From the IMG/VR virus record IMGVR_UViG_3300031250_000001: 64,000 bases of DNA. One strand, given 5' to 3'. The stretch's first letter is position 1; the number at the start of each line of letters is the position of its first letter. The position numbers and the translations under genes are program-made. Under the pieces are notes generated by a model. That model did not search any database, had not been told where the DNA came from, and saw only the letters and a list, made by a program, of their open reading frames with translations. Positions 56,598 through 64,000 of this stretch are shown here, in pieces. The stretch comes from an uncultured virus (IMG/VR IMGVR_UViG_3300031250_000001) (Duplodnaviria; Heunggongvirae; Uroviricota; Caudoviricetes).

Positions 56598-57379
56598 TGG
56601 GCCAGTACATCACCGCCACCTCGTTTGTGATTCCCACGGTGACCGCGACCTCAGCCTCGTCGTCGTGGCCTGTCTCGAACGTCACGAGCCTCACGCGCCC
56701 GCACCGCGTCTATAAATCGTCGTCGGCTGCCGGTACGGCGGAGGCGATCGTGCTCGACATGGGCGCAACGCAGGCGCTGCAGGCCCTGATGATCGACCGC
56801 TGCAACGTCGCCACCGTTGTCATCCAGGGCAACGCGACCAACGTCTGGACCTCGCCGTCCTACGCCGCGACGGTGGCCGTGAATCAGGACACACTCGACG
56901 GGCGGCGCAAGCTCTTTCACAACCTAATCGGCAGCACGTTCGAGTCGGTGGGCTACCGCTACGCGCGTATCCGTCCCAACGGCACGGTGACGCAATACGG
57001 CGGCACCGTGTGGGAAGTGGGTGCCGTCGCGTTGATGGGTACCGCCCGCGTCTGGGGCACGAACATGGGCTTCCCGTATGGGCGCGAGTATCTGCAGGCG
57101 TCCGACGAGGGACAGCGCATCGGCGGCGGTGTGGAACCGTCGGCGCTCGGCAACCCCGGCTGCCGCATCACGCTGTCGACCAATGCCATGGACGGCACGA
57201 TGCAGGCGACCATCGACGAGCTGATGCGCGCCGGCGACTGGTCGCCGATCGTCTACTACAACAACGGCACGACGACCGCGGAGACCTATCTCTGTCACCG
57301 CGTCGGGTCGGTGCGGGTCGATTTTGCCGGTCCCGGCTATCTACAGGTCGCGGCCCTTGTGCTCGAGGAGTTCATCTAG
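56597..57379 (+). CDS. distal tail protein (putative)
   Basis: Directly after TMP; ends L.LEE. Confidence 0.65.
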   Translation: MGQYITATSFVIPTVTATSASSSWPVSNVTSLTRPHRVYKSSSAAGTAEAIVLDMGATQALQALMIDRCNVATVVIQGNATNVWTSPSYAATVAVNQDTLDGRRKLFHNLIGSTFESVGYRYARIRPNGTVTQYGGTVWEVGAVALMGTARVWGTNMGFPYGREYLQASDEGQRIGGGVEPSALGNPGCRITLSTNAMDGTMQATIDELMRAGDWSPIVYYNNGTTTAETYLCHRVGSVRVDFAGPGYLQVAALVLEEFI

Positions 57380-57381
57380 CG

Positions 57382-60300
57382 ATGGCCCGCACCTACGCCA
57401 GCGCCTCCTCGCAGGGCCATACGATCGCGAAATCCTATCTCGCGAACAACGCTGGTCCGTTCACCATCTCGCTCTACTTCGCGCCGGCCAATCTCACCGA
57501 CACCGTCCGTGGCGTGCTCGCGGCAGGCACGGGCGTGGGCGCGTACTGGCAGCTCCGCATGGACTCCGGTGTCGTCGTCTTCGAGTCGGCCGGCTACACG
57601 GGCACCAACCCCGGCACCTCGTCGAGCGTCACCTACTCGGCCGCATCGGGCTTGTGGATCGCGTGGCGCTATCTGGGTGCTGGGCTGGAGTGGTCGAAGT
57701 GGAAGAGCGGCGTCAAGACCGTGATCAACTCGTCGATCACATTCGCGCTGCCGAATGTCGGCGCGGAATTCGACATCGCGCACAACTGGTCTGGCGCCTA
57801 CACCAACGGCACCTACGCCGAGATGGCGATCTGGCAGACCGCACTCTCTGACGATCAGCTGCAGGACATCGCCGCCGGCGTCGCGGCCGATCAGGTGTGC
57901 CCGGCGGGGCTTCTCGCCTACTGGCCGCTCCGGGGCAACTCCAACCCGGAAATGAATTATGTTGTGCCGCTGGACGTGTTGACGCCGGTCAATAGCTCGA
58001 CCACGGCCACGCATCCGATCATCGTTCCGCCGCGCTACGCCGACAAGGCTGAGCCGGCGTTTGTGGTCGACATCAATGGCGGCGCGGTCACTGGAGCGAC
58101 GACCGATCTCTACACGGAGAAGGATACCGATATACTGGGCGGCGCCTACGTAAAGCGCATCGGTGGCGATATCACGCTGCTTGATGAGCTACCCGACGGC
58201 GGCGCCGGCGTGATGATCCCGTCCAATACGGTGATCACCTTCCGCAACGACGACGACACGTTCTCGGTACTGACCGAATACCGCCAGGTGCCGATCAAGA
58301 TTCGCTACTATGACCGCGTGAGCCACGCACTCACTACCGAATTCACTGGCGTCGTCGCGGACGTCAACATCTCCAACAACGAGGCGGTGTTTACCTGCAG
58401 CTCGATGGACGAGTCGGTACTGGATACACTCATACCGCGACAGGTGATCGAGCCGGCCGCGATCAGTAGCGGCATACTGGATGACATCGACGGCACCACC
58501 GTCCGCCACGATGTCGGAGCGCCGATTCCGAAGGCGTTCGGGGTCGGCGGGCACATGATGCCGCCGTACATCGGGCAGAGCGGGACGGTCGTGACGGCGC
58601 AAAATCTCATCGTCAATCATGGCACCGCCTGTACATTGGAACGCGCGTGGGGCAACACCGATCCGAATTCCCCCGGCCTTGAGTTGCTCACGCTATGGGG
58701 CACGTGTGTCGGTACGCCGACCTACCGTTCGACCAACTCGTTTACGGTGAACAGCTTCGGGCTCGGTGTTCTCTACGACATCGGGATGCCGGTCCGGCGG
58801 ATCTATGCCGGGGGAACGGTCTTTTCGGATATTGCGAGCACCAACTTCGGCACCGCCGGCGGCGGAACCGTCACCCTGACCGACCCTATTCTCGGGACGC
58901 CGATTGGGACCGTCTATCTTGCCGGCGACTACACGGTGGACCGCAATCGCTACAAGTACGTCGGCACCGGTGGCACGACGTTCCTCACGACGATGCGCAT
59001 GCCGGCGTCGGTAGACTCCGCGATCGTCTGTCGTGTCAATGAGCCCACCTACGGCAACCCGCTAACCGCGATCTACTGGCTCCTCACCGACCCCGACCTC
59101 GGACTGAACGCCAGCGCTGACGCTACCTCGTTCTTCACCACCGCCGTTGCCGTCTCGGTCACCGGCATGGGCTCGGCGGTCTCCGGCGTGCTCGGCGGCG
59201 ATCAGCAGCAGCGGCGCGCGATCGACGTCATCAACGAACTTGCACAAATGCGCGGCATCCGCATCTGGAAAGACGCCGACGACGACAGCTGGCACGCGAC
59301 CGCTGACGCGATTCCCGCCGCGTCGACAGTCACCCTCAGCTACGGCCCTGACAGCGGCACGAACCCCTCGCCAAACAATGTGCGGCGCATCGTATCGGTC
59401 ACCACCACGCCGCTGTCCGACGCGGTGTCGGTGCTGAAGCTCCGCTACGGCAAGGGCTGGGTAGACCGTGGCACCAAGCCGCTTTTGACCACCGACTACA
59501 ACTACACCGCGACTATGACCGTGCTCGGCGTCGGCGCCGAGAAGGTCATCACCACGCCGTGGATCAACGATCACAGCGCGGCCGCGCGGATGCTCTACTA
59601 CATCGGTAAGCGGCTGCAGCGCGAAGACTTCAAGGTCGTCATTGAGATGGGCAACGAGGCGCGGCGCCTGGCGCTCGGGCAACTCGTCACCGTGGATTTC
59701 CAGATCTCGCCGACGGTCCGCATCACCACCGATATGCGCATCACCGCCCGCCAGCGCACGCTGACGAGCTTCACGCTCACGCTCGTCGGCTACAACGACG
59801 ACATCTTCGAGACCAACCTCGCCACCATCGTCGCGTCGGTGAATCAGCCCGCCGGCGACATCAACCCCGACGAGCGCGGCACGCAGCCGGGGAATGACGC
59901 GAATTTGATCCGCAACGCCGATTGGACTGCCGGCCTGACGAAATCGACATGGAATAACACCGACGAGGACGTGCTGCCCGACTGGACGCTCTTTCTCGGC
60001 GCGCACGTTACTGGACTGCGCACGGCTACCGAGCAGCTGTGCAAGGGCGGCGCATACCTGGAGTTCATCACGGCAACCGATGCCCCGGACCACCCGCCAT
60101 ATATCTCAACCGAGGATAGCAGCAATACGCTGAATGCTATCAGCGTGCGGTCGGGCGCGAACTATATTCTGTCCGTATATGTGAGCCGGCCGGACGCCTG
60201 GCGTTTCGCGATCCGGTGGGAGCCTTCGGAGGTCACGCAGTATCCGCAAATCAAAGTCAATCCAGGTGACGTGAACGGACTTGGCTATCAACGATATTAT

Positions 60301-60891
60301 GCCGTGATCACCGCGCCGCCGAACACATCGCGGATCATCGTCGCCCTGCAGATGACCGGGAGCACCAGTGCGGAAACCTTCCGATTCGATGCCGTCCAAC
60401 TCGAGGAACTCACCCGCATTACGCTGCGGCCGTCGCCGTGGAAGCGCAACGCCGCCTACGGCATTCATCCCGACCGGATCACGCCAGGCGACTTCACGGT
60501 GCGCGCAAGCGGTAAACTGGAGCTCGGCACGAAGATCGCGGTGTCGGGCACGGTACCCGTCGCGCTCTCTGGGTCCTCGACGGTGACCATCGGCACTGCG
60601 CCCGTCGGAATGATTACGGCGATCACGGGCCGGAAAACCGCGACCGTCGCCGGCGTGACGAATTGGAAACTCGCGCTCAATCACGGCGGCGGAACCATCA
60701 CCCCGATCGGCACAGCGATCAGTACGTCGACCGGGACGTTCACCACCGACACGATGGCCGGCGCGGTCCTGAGTTTCCCGATCTCGATGGGCTCCGCGAC
60801 GCCGATTGTGGCCATCGGTACGGCGGCGTTTACCGGCGGCAGTGTGTACGCGGCGGCGCACAGTATTCAGCACGTGGTGCCGGAGGCATAG
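57382..60891 (+). CDS. tail tip/hub protein with LamG-like and carbohydrate-binding-like domains
   Basis: NG..AE.AIW..ALS...L.AYW LamG-like; G.PIP..FG; NLI.N.DW...FDAVQLE. Confidence 0.75.
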   Translation: MARTYASASSQGHTIAKSYLANNAGPFTISLYFAPANLTDTVRGVLAAGTGVGAYWQLRMDSGVVVFESAGYTGTNPGTSSSVTYSAASGLWIAWRYLGAGLEWSKWKSGVKTVINSSITFALPNVGAEFDIAHNWSGAYTNGTYAEMAIWQTALSDDQLQDIAAGVAADQVCPAGLLAYWPLRGNSNPEMNYVVPLDVLTPVNSSTTATHPIIVPPRYADKAEPAFVVDINGGAVTGATTDLYTEKDTDILGGAYVKRIGGDITLLDELPDGGAGVMIPSNTVITFRNDDDTFSVLTEYRQVPIKIRYYDRVSHALTTEFTGVVADVNISNNEAVFTCSSMDESVLDTLIPRQVIEPAAISSGILDDIDGTTVRHDVGAPIPKAFGVGGHMMPPYIGQSGTVVTAQNLIVNHGTACTLERAWGNTDPNSPGLELLTLWGTCVGTPTYRSTNSFTVNSFGLGVLYDIGMPVRRIYAGGTVFSDIASTNFGTAGGGTVTLTDPILGTPIGTVYLAGDYTVDRNRYKYVGTGGTTFLTTMRMPASVDSAIVCRVNEPTYGNPLTAIYWLLTDPDLGLNASADATSFFTTAVAVSVTGMGSAVSGVLGGDQQQRRAIDVINELAQMRGIRIWKDADDDSWHATADAIPAASTVTLSYGPDSGTNPSPNNVRRIVSVTTTPLSDAVSVLKLRYGKGWVDRGTKPLLTTDYNYTATMTVLGVGAEKVITTPWINDHSAAARMLYYIGKRLQREDFKVVIEMGNEARRLALGQLVTVDFQISPTVRITTDMRITARQRTLTSFTLTLVGYNDDIFETNLATIVASVNQPAGDINPDERGTQPGNDANLIRNADWTAGLTKSTWNNTDEDVLPDWTLFLGAHVTGLRTATEQLCKGGAYLEFITATDAPDHPPYISTEDSSNTLNAISVRSGANYILSVYVSRPDAWRFAIRWEPSEVTQYPQIKVNPGDVNGLGYQRYYAVITAPPNTSRIIVALQMTGSTSAETFRFDAVQLEELTRITLRPSPWKRNAAYGIHPDRITPGDFTVRASGKLELGTKIAVSGTVPVALSGSSTVTIGTAPVGMITAITGRKTATVAGVTNWKLALNHGGGTITPIGTAISTSTGTFTTDTMAGAVLSFPISMGSATPIVAIGTAAFTGGSVYAAAHSIQHVVPEA

Positions 60892-62733
60892 ATGCGCTGG
60901 TGTGTGATTCTCCTATGGCTCGTGGGCGGATCGGCGCTTGCGCAAACGACGCTGGTCGAGCGGCTGCCCGGCGGCAAGCCTACCTTCGTGCAGCAGCCAA
61001 CCGCATGGACCGCGAACGACCTGGCATGTGTCACCTCAGCCAACGAAATCAGCATCGGCGGCGCCTGCAATGCGCTCGGCGGCGGCGGTGGCGGCGCACC
61101 GACCTCCTCGCAATACCTCACGCTTGCCACCGACGGCACGCTGACCAACGAGCGCGTGTTCACACCCGGCGCAGGCATTGCGGGCGCGGACGGCGGCGCT
61201 GGCGGCACCTATACGCTCACGTGGTCGCCCTCGACACAGGTGAACAACCTGACCGTGTTCAACGGCGCCAATAGCTCGCGCACGATCACCTACGACTTGT
61301 CGGGGACCGATCCCGTTGTCACGCTGAGTTCGAGTTCGTTCGATGTCAGCACGGGGACGCTGAAGCAGGGCGGCACCGCCGTCGCGCTGCAGTCGCGCTC
61401 GCTCACTGCCGGCGCGGGGCTCTCGGGCGGCGGCGATCTCTCGGCCGACCGCACCTTCGCGACCGACTCGACTGAGGCCGGGTTTGTGGCGAGCAGTACG
61501 GCGAGCTGCGGCGCGAGCACGGCCGGCAAGATGGGGGTTGCAAGCGGACTCCTCAGCTACTGCGGGAGCGACAACCTGCAGCATTTCGCGGCATACGGCG
61601 ACTCGAGTGGGGGGGCGACTAGCCTGACCGCTTCGACGCTCTGCACGGTCGCCACCGATGGCGCCCCCTGCTGGGACAGCGACGACGATCTCTTGGAGGT
61701 TGGTACCGGATCGGTCCTCAAGACCATGGTCGATACGAATTCGACCCAGACCGCGAGCAACAAGACGCTCACCAGCGCCGGCACCATCGCCGTCGGCACC
61801 GGTGCGGCGCCGAAGAGTTCGGTCGGCATGGCCAAGATCGCGGTAGACGGCACCAACGCCTCTACTGCCGGCCCGCACCTGCAATTCACCACCGCCTCCG
61901 ATAACAACCCGCTCTTTTCCGTCTACCCGCTGACGCACGGCGAGAACCTGCTCCTGTGGGACGCCTATAGCGACGACGCCGGCACGACCTGGAAAAGCAG
62001 CAACTCAACCAGCAACTGGATGCTGGGCACGATCTTCGGCAGCTACTTCCTCTTCTACAACACGGGCACCACCGCCGGCTCGGCGATCACCTGGAAACAG
62101 GCGATGTCGGCGACCGGCTCGGCGATCACCTTCAACGCCGACTCCTCGAACTACGACACGATCGTCAACGGCGACACGATCGCTGGACTGGTCACCGTCG
62201 ACGCCAGCGCCGACTCGGTTGGCATTGGCGGTATCACCACGCCGAGCGCCCGGCTGCATCTGCGCGAACCGACCAGTGGCAACGAAGCATTCAGGATCGA
62301 CACCGCCGCCTCCGCGACCACCGACAAGCCGCGGATGAGCGTCTACCAGAAAGACGTCACCACCACCGACGCAACGACGACGACGCTGTTCAATACGACG
62401 CTGGCGACCAATACGACCTATCTCGTCAAAGCGTTCATCACTGCCCGGCGCACGGGCGGCGCCTCTGGATCGTCGAACGACTCGGGCACCTACGAGCTGT
62501 GGTGCCGCGGTCGTCGTGGTGGCGCCGGCGCGGTCGTAGACGGCACGGCGACCTGTCCGTGGGGGGCAACCGGCTGCGCCAACCCGGTGGTGATGTTCCA
62601 GGTCGAAGACCAAACCGCCTGGGCGGTGACGTGCGATGCGAGCAGCAACGACGTGCGCATCCGCGTGACCGGGGCTTCGGCAAACAACGTCAGCTGGGGC
62701 GGGACGATTGAAGTCTTCCCGATGGGTTCGTGA
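60892..62733 (+). CDS. tail fibre-like protein with N-terminal signal peptide
   Basis: MRWCVILLWLVGGSALA/; AGAGLSGGGDLSADRT, TQT.SNKTLT, VGIG..TP.ARLH, TTDATTTTL fibre motifs. Confidence 0.8.
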   Translation: MRWCVILLWLVGGSALAQTTLVERLPGGKPTFVQQPTAWTANDLACVTSANEISIGGACNALGGGGGGAPTSSQYLTLATDGTLTNERVFTPGAGIAGADGGAGGTYTLTWSPSTQVNNLTVFNGANSSRTITYDLSGTDPVVTLSSSSFDVSTGTLKQGGTAVALQSRSLTAGAGLSGGGDLSADRTFATDSTEAGFVASSTASCGASTAGKMGVASGLLSYCGSDNLQHFAAYGDSSGGATSLTASTLCTVATDGAPCWDSDDDLLEVGTGSVLKTMVDTNSTQTASNKTLTSAGTIAVGTGAAPKSSVGMAKIAVDGTNASTAGPHLQFTTASDNNPLFSVYPLTHGENLLLWDAYSDDAGTTWKSSNSTSNWMLGTIFGSYFLFYNTGTTAGSAITWKQAMSATGSAITFNADSSNYDTIVNGDTIAGLVTVDASADSVGIGGITTPSARLHLREPTSGNEAFRIDTAASATTDKPRMSVYQKDVTTTDATTTTLFNTTLATNTTYLVKAFITARRTGGASGSSNDSGTYELWCRGRRGGAGAVVDGTATCPWGATGCANPVVMFQVEDQTAWAVTCDASSNDVRIRVTGASANNVSWGGTIEVFPMGS

Positions 62734-62900
62734 TGTACGTCCCCCCGGGCCCCGACACCATCGCCACGATCAACGCCGACGTGCGCGCGTGGCTCGATGC
62801 ACACGGCCGCTACGCCTGGGCGCGCATGCTGCAGGAAATCGACCTGCGCGGCATGACACGCGACGACGCCGCGCGGGTGTTGCGTGGAGTGCAGCCATGA
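62733..62900 (+). CDS. small hypothetical protein
   Basis: TGATG/ATGA-coupled 55-aa ORF read from sequence. Confidence 0.45.
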   Translation: MYVPPGPDTIATINADVRAWLDAHGRYAWARMLQEIDLRGMTRDDAARVLRGVQP

Positions 62901-63025
62901 GACGCGCTGTCGCCTTCGCCGCCGACGTCTTCTGGACGCTCTTGGCGCTGTCGCTCTTCTACGCGCCGCGCGCCGGCGTCGAGCTCTGGGCCAACATCAT
63001 GGACCGATGGAATGGGGAGGGGTGA
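62897..63025 (+). CDS. small membrane protein
   Basis: One TM; ATGA-coupled. Confidence 0.45.
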   Translation: MRRAVAFAADVFWTLLALSLFYAPRAGVELWANIMDRWNGEG

Positions 63026-63030
63026 GGGAG

Positions 63031-63426
63031 ATGGATTACGCGAAGTTTGCCGAGCTGGCGATCAACGGGCCAAATGCGATCGTCTTCACGGCGTTGAATG
63101 TACTCGCGCTCTTTGCGATGCGCGTGGCGGGCCTCTCGCAGGTGCGCGTCCTCACCGTCGTCGCCATTTGCGGCGCGATTGTCGGCGCGGCCAACGGGCT
63201 GATCGTTGGCCTGGCGACCGAGGGCATCTCGGTCCCGGTCCTCTACTACAACACGTTCATCGGTGCCCCGGTTGGAGCGGCACTCGCGTTGGTCGGCGCG
63301 GCATTGATTTCCAAGGTGCCTGAATACCTCGATCTCTGGCCGGTCTCGCCGGAGAAGAAGCAGGCGGAAGCCATCCGCGATCCGATGAATCCGGCCGCGC
63401 CGCCGGCAACCTCGACGAAGCCCTAA
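63031..63426 (+). CDS. multi-TM holin-like protein
   Basis: Three hydrophobic segments, charged C-terminus, upstream of endolysin. Confidence 0.55.
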   Translation: MDYAKFAELAINGPNAIVFTALNVLALFAMRVAGLSQVRVLTVVAICGAIVGAANGLIVGLATEGISVPVLYYNTFIGAPVGAALALVGAALISKVPEYLDLWPVSPEKKQAEAIRDPMNPAAPPATSTKP

Positions 63427-63445
63427 CCGAGAGCAGGGCACCCGA

Positions 63446-63877
63446 ATGACCGACGCAGACCGCGAACAGCTCGCCGCGCTGGTGGCGGCGAAGCTGAGCA
63501 AGCGCCCGGCGCAGCGCCCAATTCTGCAGGCGCTCCTGGGCGCATCGCTCACCGTCATGGGCGGCGTCTGCTCGGCGACCTTCGGCATGTGCCACGTGCG
63601 CGACGACTATCGCGACGAGTTTCGCGACATGAAGCAGTCGACCACACAGGCTGCCGCGGCGATTGTGCGCGTGGAGACGGAATCGAAAGAACGCGACGAC
63701 AAGCTCGACCTGAAGCTCGACAAGGCCACGACGTGGCTCGACCAGCGCATCGACAAGGCGATGGCCGATCACATGCAGTATCAGCACAACAAGCGCGGAA
63801 CGTCGGGCGCGAGCTTCCCACTGCGGCCGCCGTGGCTGCTCGTTGACGCGCCGATCACGCTCGGGTTGTTTCCATGA
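63446..63877 (+). CDS. TM + coiled-coil lysis-region protein
   Basis: One TM followed by heptads; ATGA-coupled to endolysin. Confidence 0.55.
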   Translation: MTDADREQLAALVAAKLSKRPAQRPILQALLGASLTVMGGVCSATFGMCHVRDDYRDEFRDMKQSTTQAAAAIVRVETESKERDDKLDLKLDKATTWLDQRIDKAMADHMQYQHNKRGTSGASFPLRPPWLLVDAPITLGLFP

Positions 63878-64000
63878 ACGTCACCGCCGCCGGCATCGAC
63901 CTTATTCGTCGCTTCGAGGGCTGCAGGCTCGTCGTCTACTACGATCCGGTCCGCCTGAGCACGGTGGGATTCGGCCACCGCACCTCACTGAAGGTCGGCC
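63874..64000 (+). CDS. GH24 lysozyme endolysin (3' truncated by window)
   Basis: MNVTAAGIDLIRRFEGCRLVVYYDPVRLSTVGFGH with E-x8-D-x5-T triad. Confidence 0.9.
   Translation, partial: MNVTAAGIDLIRRFEGCRLVVYYDPVRLSTVGFGHRTSLKVG

Larger units (their letters stand above)
1..64000. mobile_element. temperate siphovirus-like phage/prophage (partial; no host genes or att sites seen)
   Basis: Terminase, portal, capsid, tail tube, tape measure, endolysin, integrase and regulators in lambdoid-like order; no tail sheath. Confidence 0.95.

Noticed and set aside
57010..57381. Upstream extensions in the ORF track (57010, also 27750, 40362, 42291, 43902, 46627)
   Set aside because: Overlap upstream genes; starts were moved to RBS-supported or coupled codons

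Overview
Most of a GC-rich temperate siphovirus-type phage/prophage genome, truncated at both window edges (inside an IS5-like transposase on the left, inside the endolysin on the right). Order: IS5-like cargo element (<1-~3135); leftward early operon (ASCH, SSB, DEDD exonuclease, PD-(D/E)XK nuclease, Gp3-like protein, many small ORFs); a switch built from two paralogous ribbon-helix-helix-like regulators and two mirror-image promoter/operators (~11.95-12.7 kb); rightward early operon with an IS1595 cargo transposon (14137-16602, 8-bp TSD), xis-like/integrase, nucleases, CHC2 Zn-finger + DUF3987-like replication genes and a probable iteron origin (~24.4-24.7 kb); an 11-kb block of signal-peptide-bearing, Cys- and Thr/Pro-rich fibre-like genes (25.5-36.4 kb); terminase, portal, minor head protein; a glycosyltransferase/methyltransferase/radical-SAM cluster; capsid, non-contractile tail with -1 frameshifted chaperone, tape measure, tail tip, fibre; lysis genes. 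Best novelty candidates: (i) an apparently exported, disulfide-rich virion-appendage system, (ii) a phage glycosylation cluster with a candidate Gly-Thr acceptor motif enriched in virion proteins, (iii) an IS1595 element whose end supplies a new start codon to the gene it interrupted, (iv) the twin-RHH switch. All family assignments are by eye from motifs and synteny; no searches were run.
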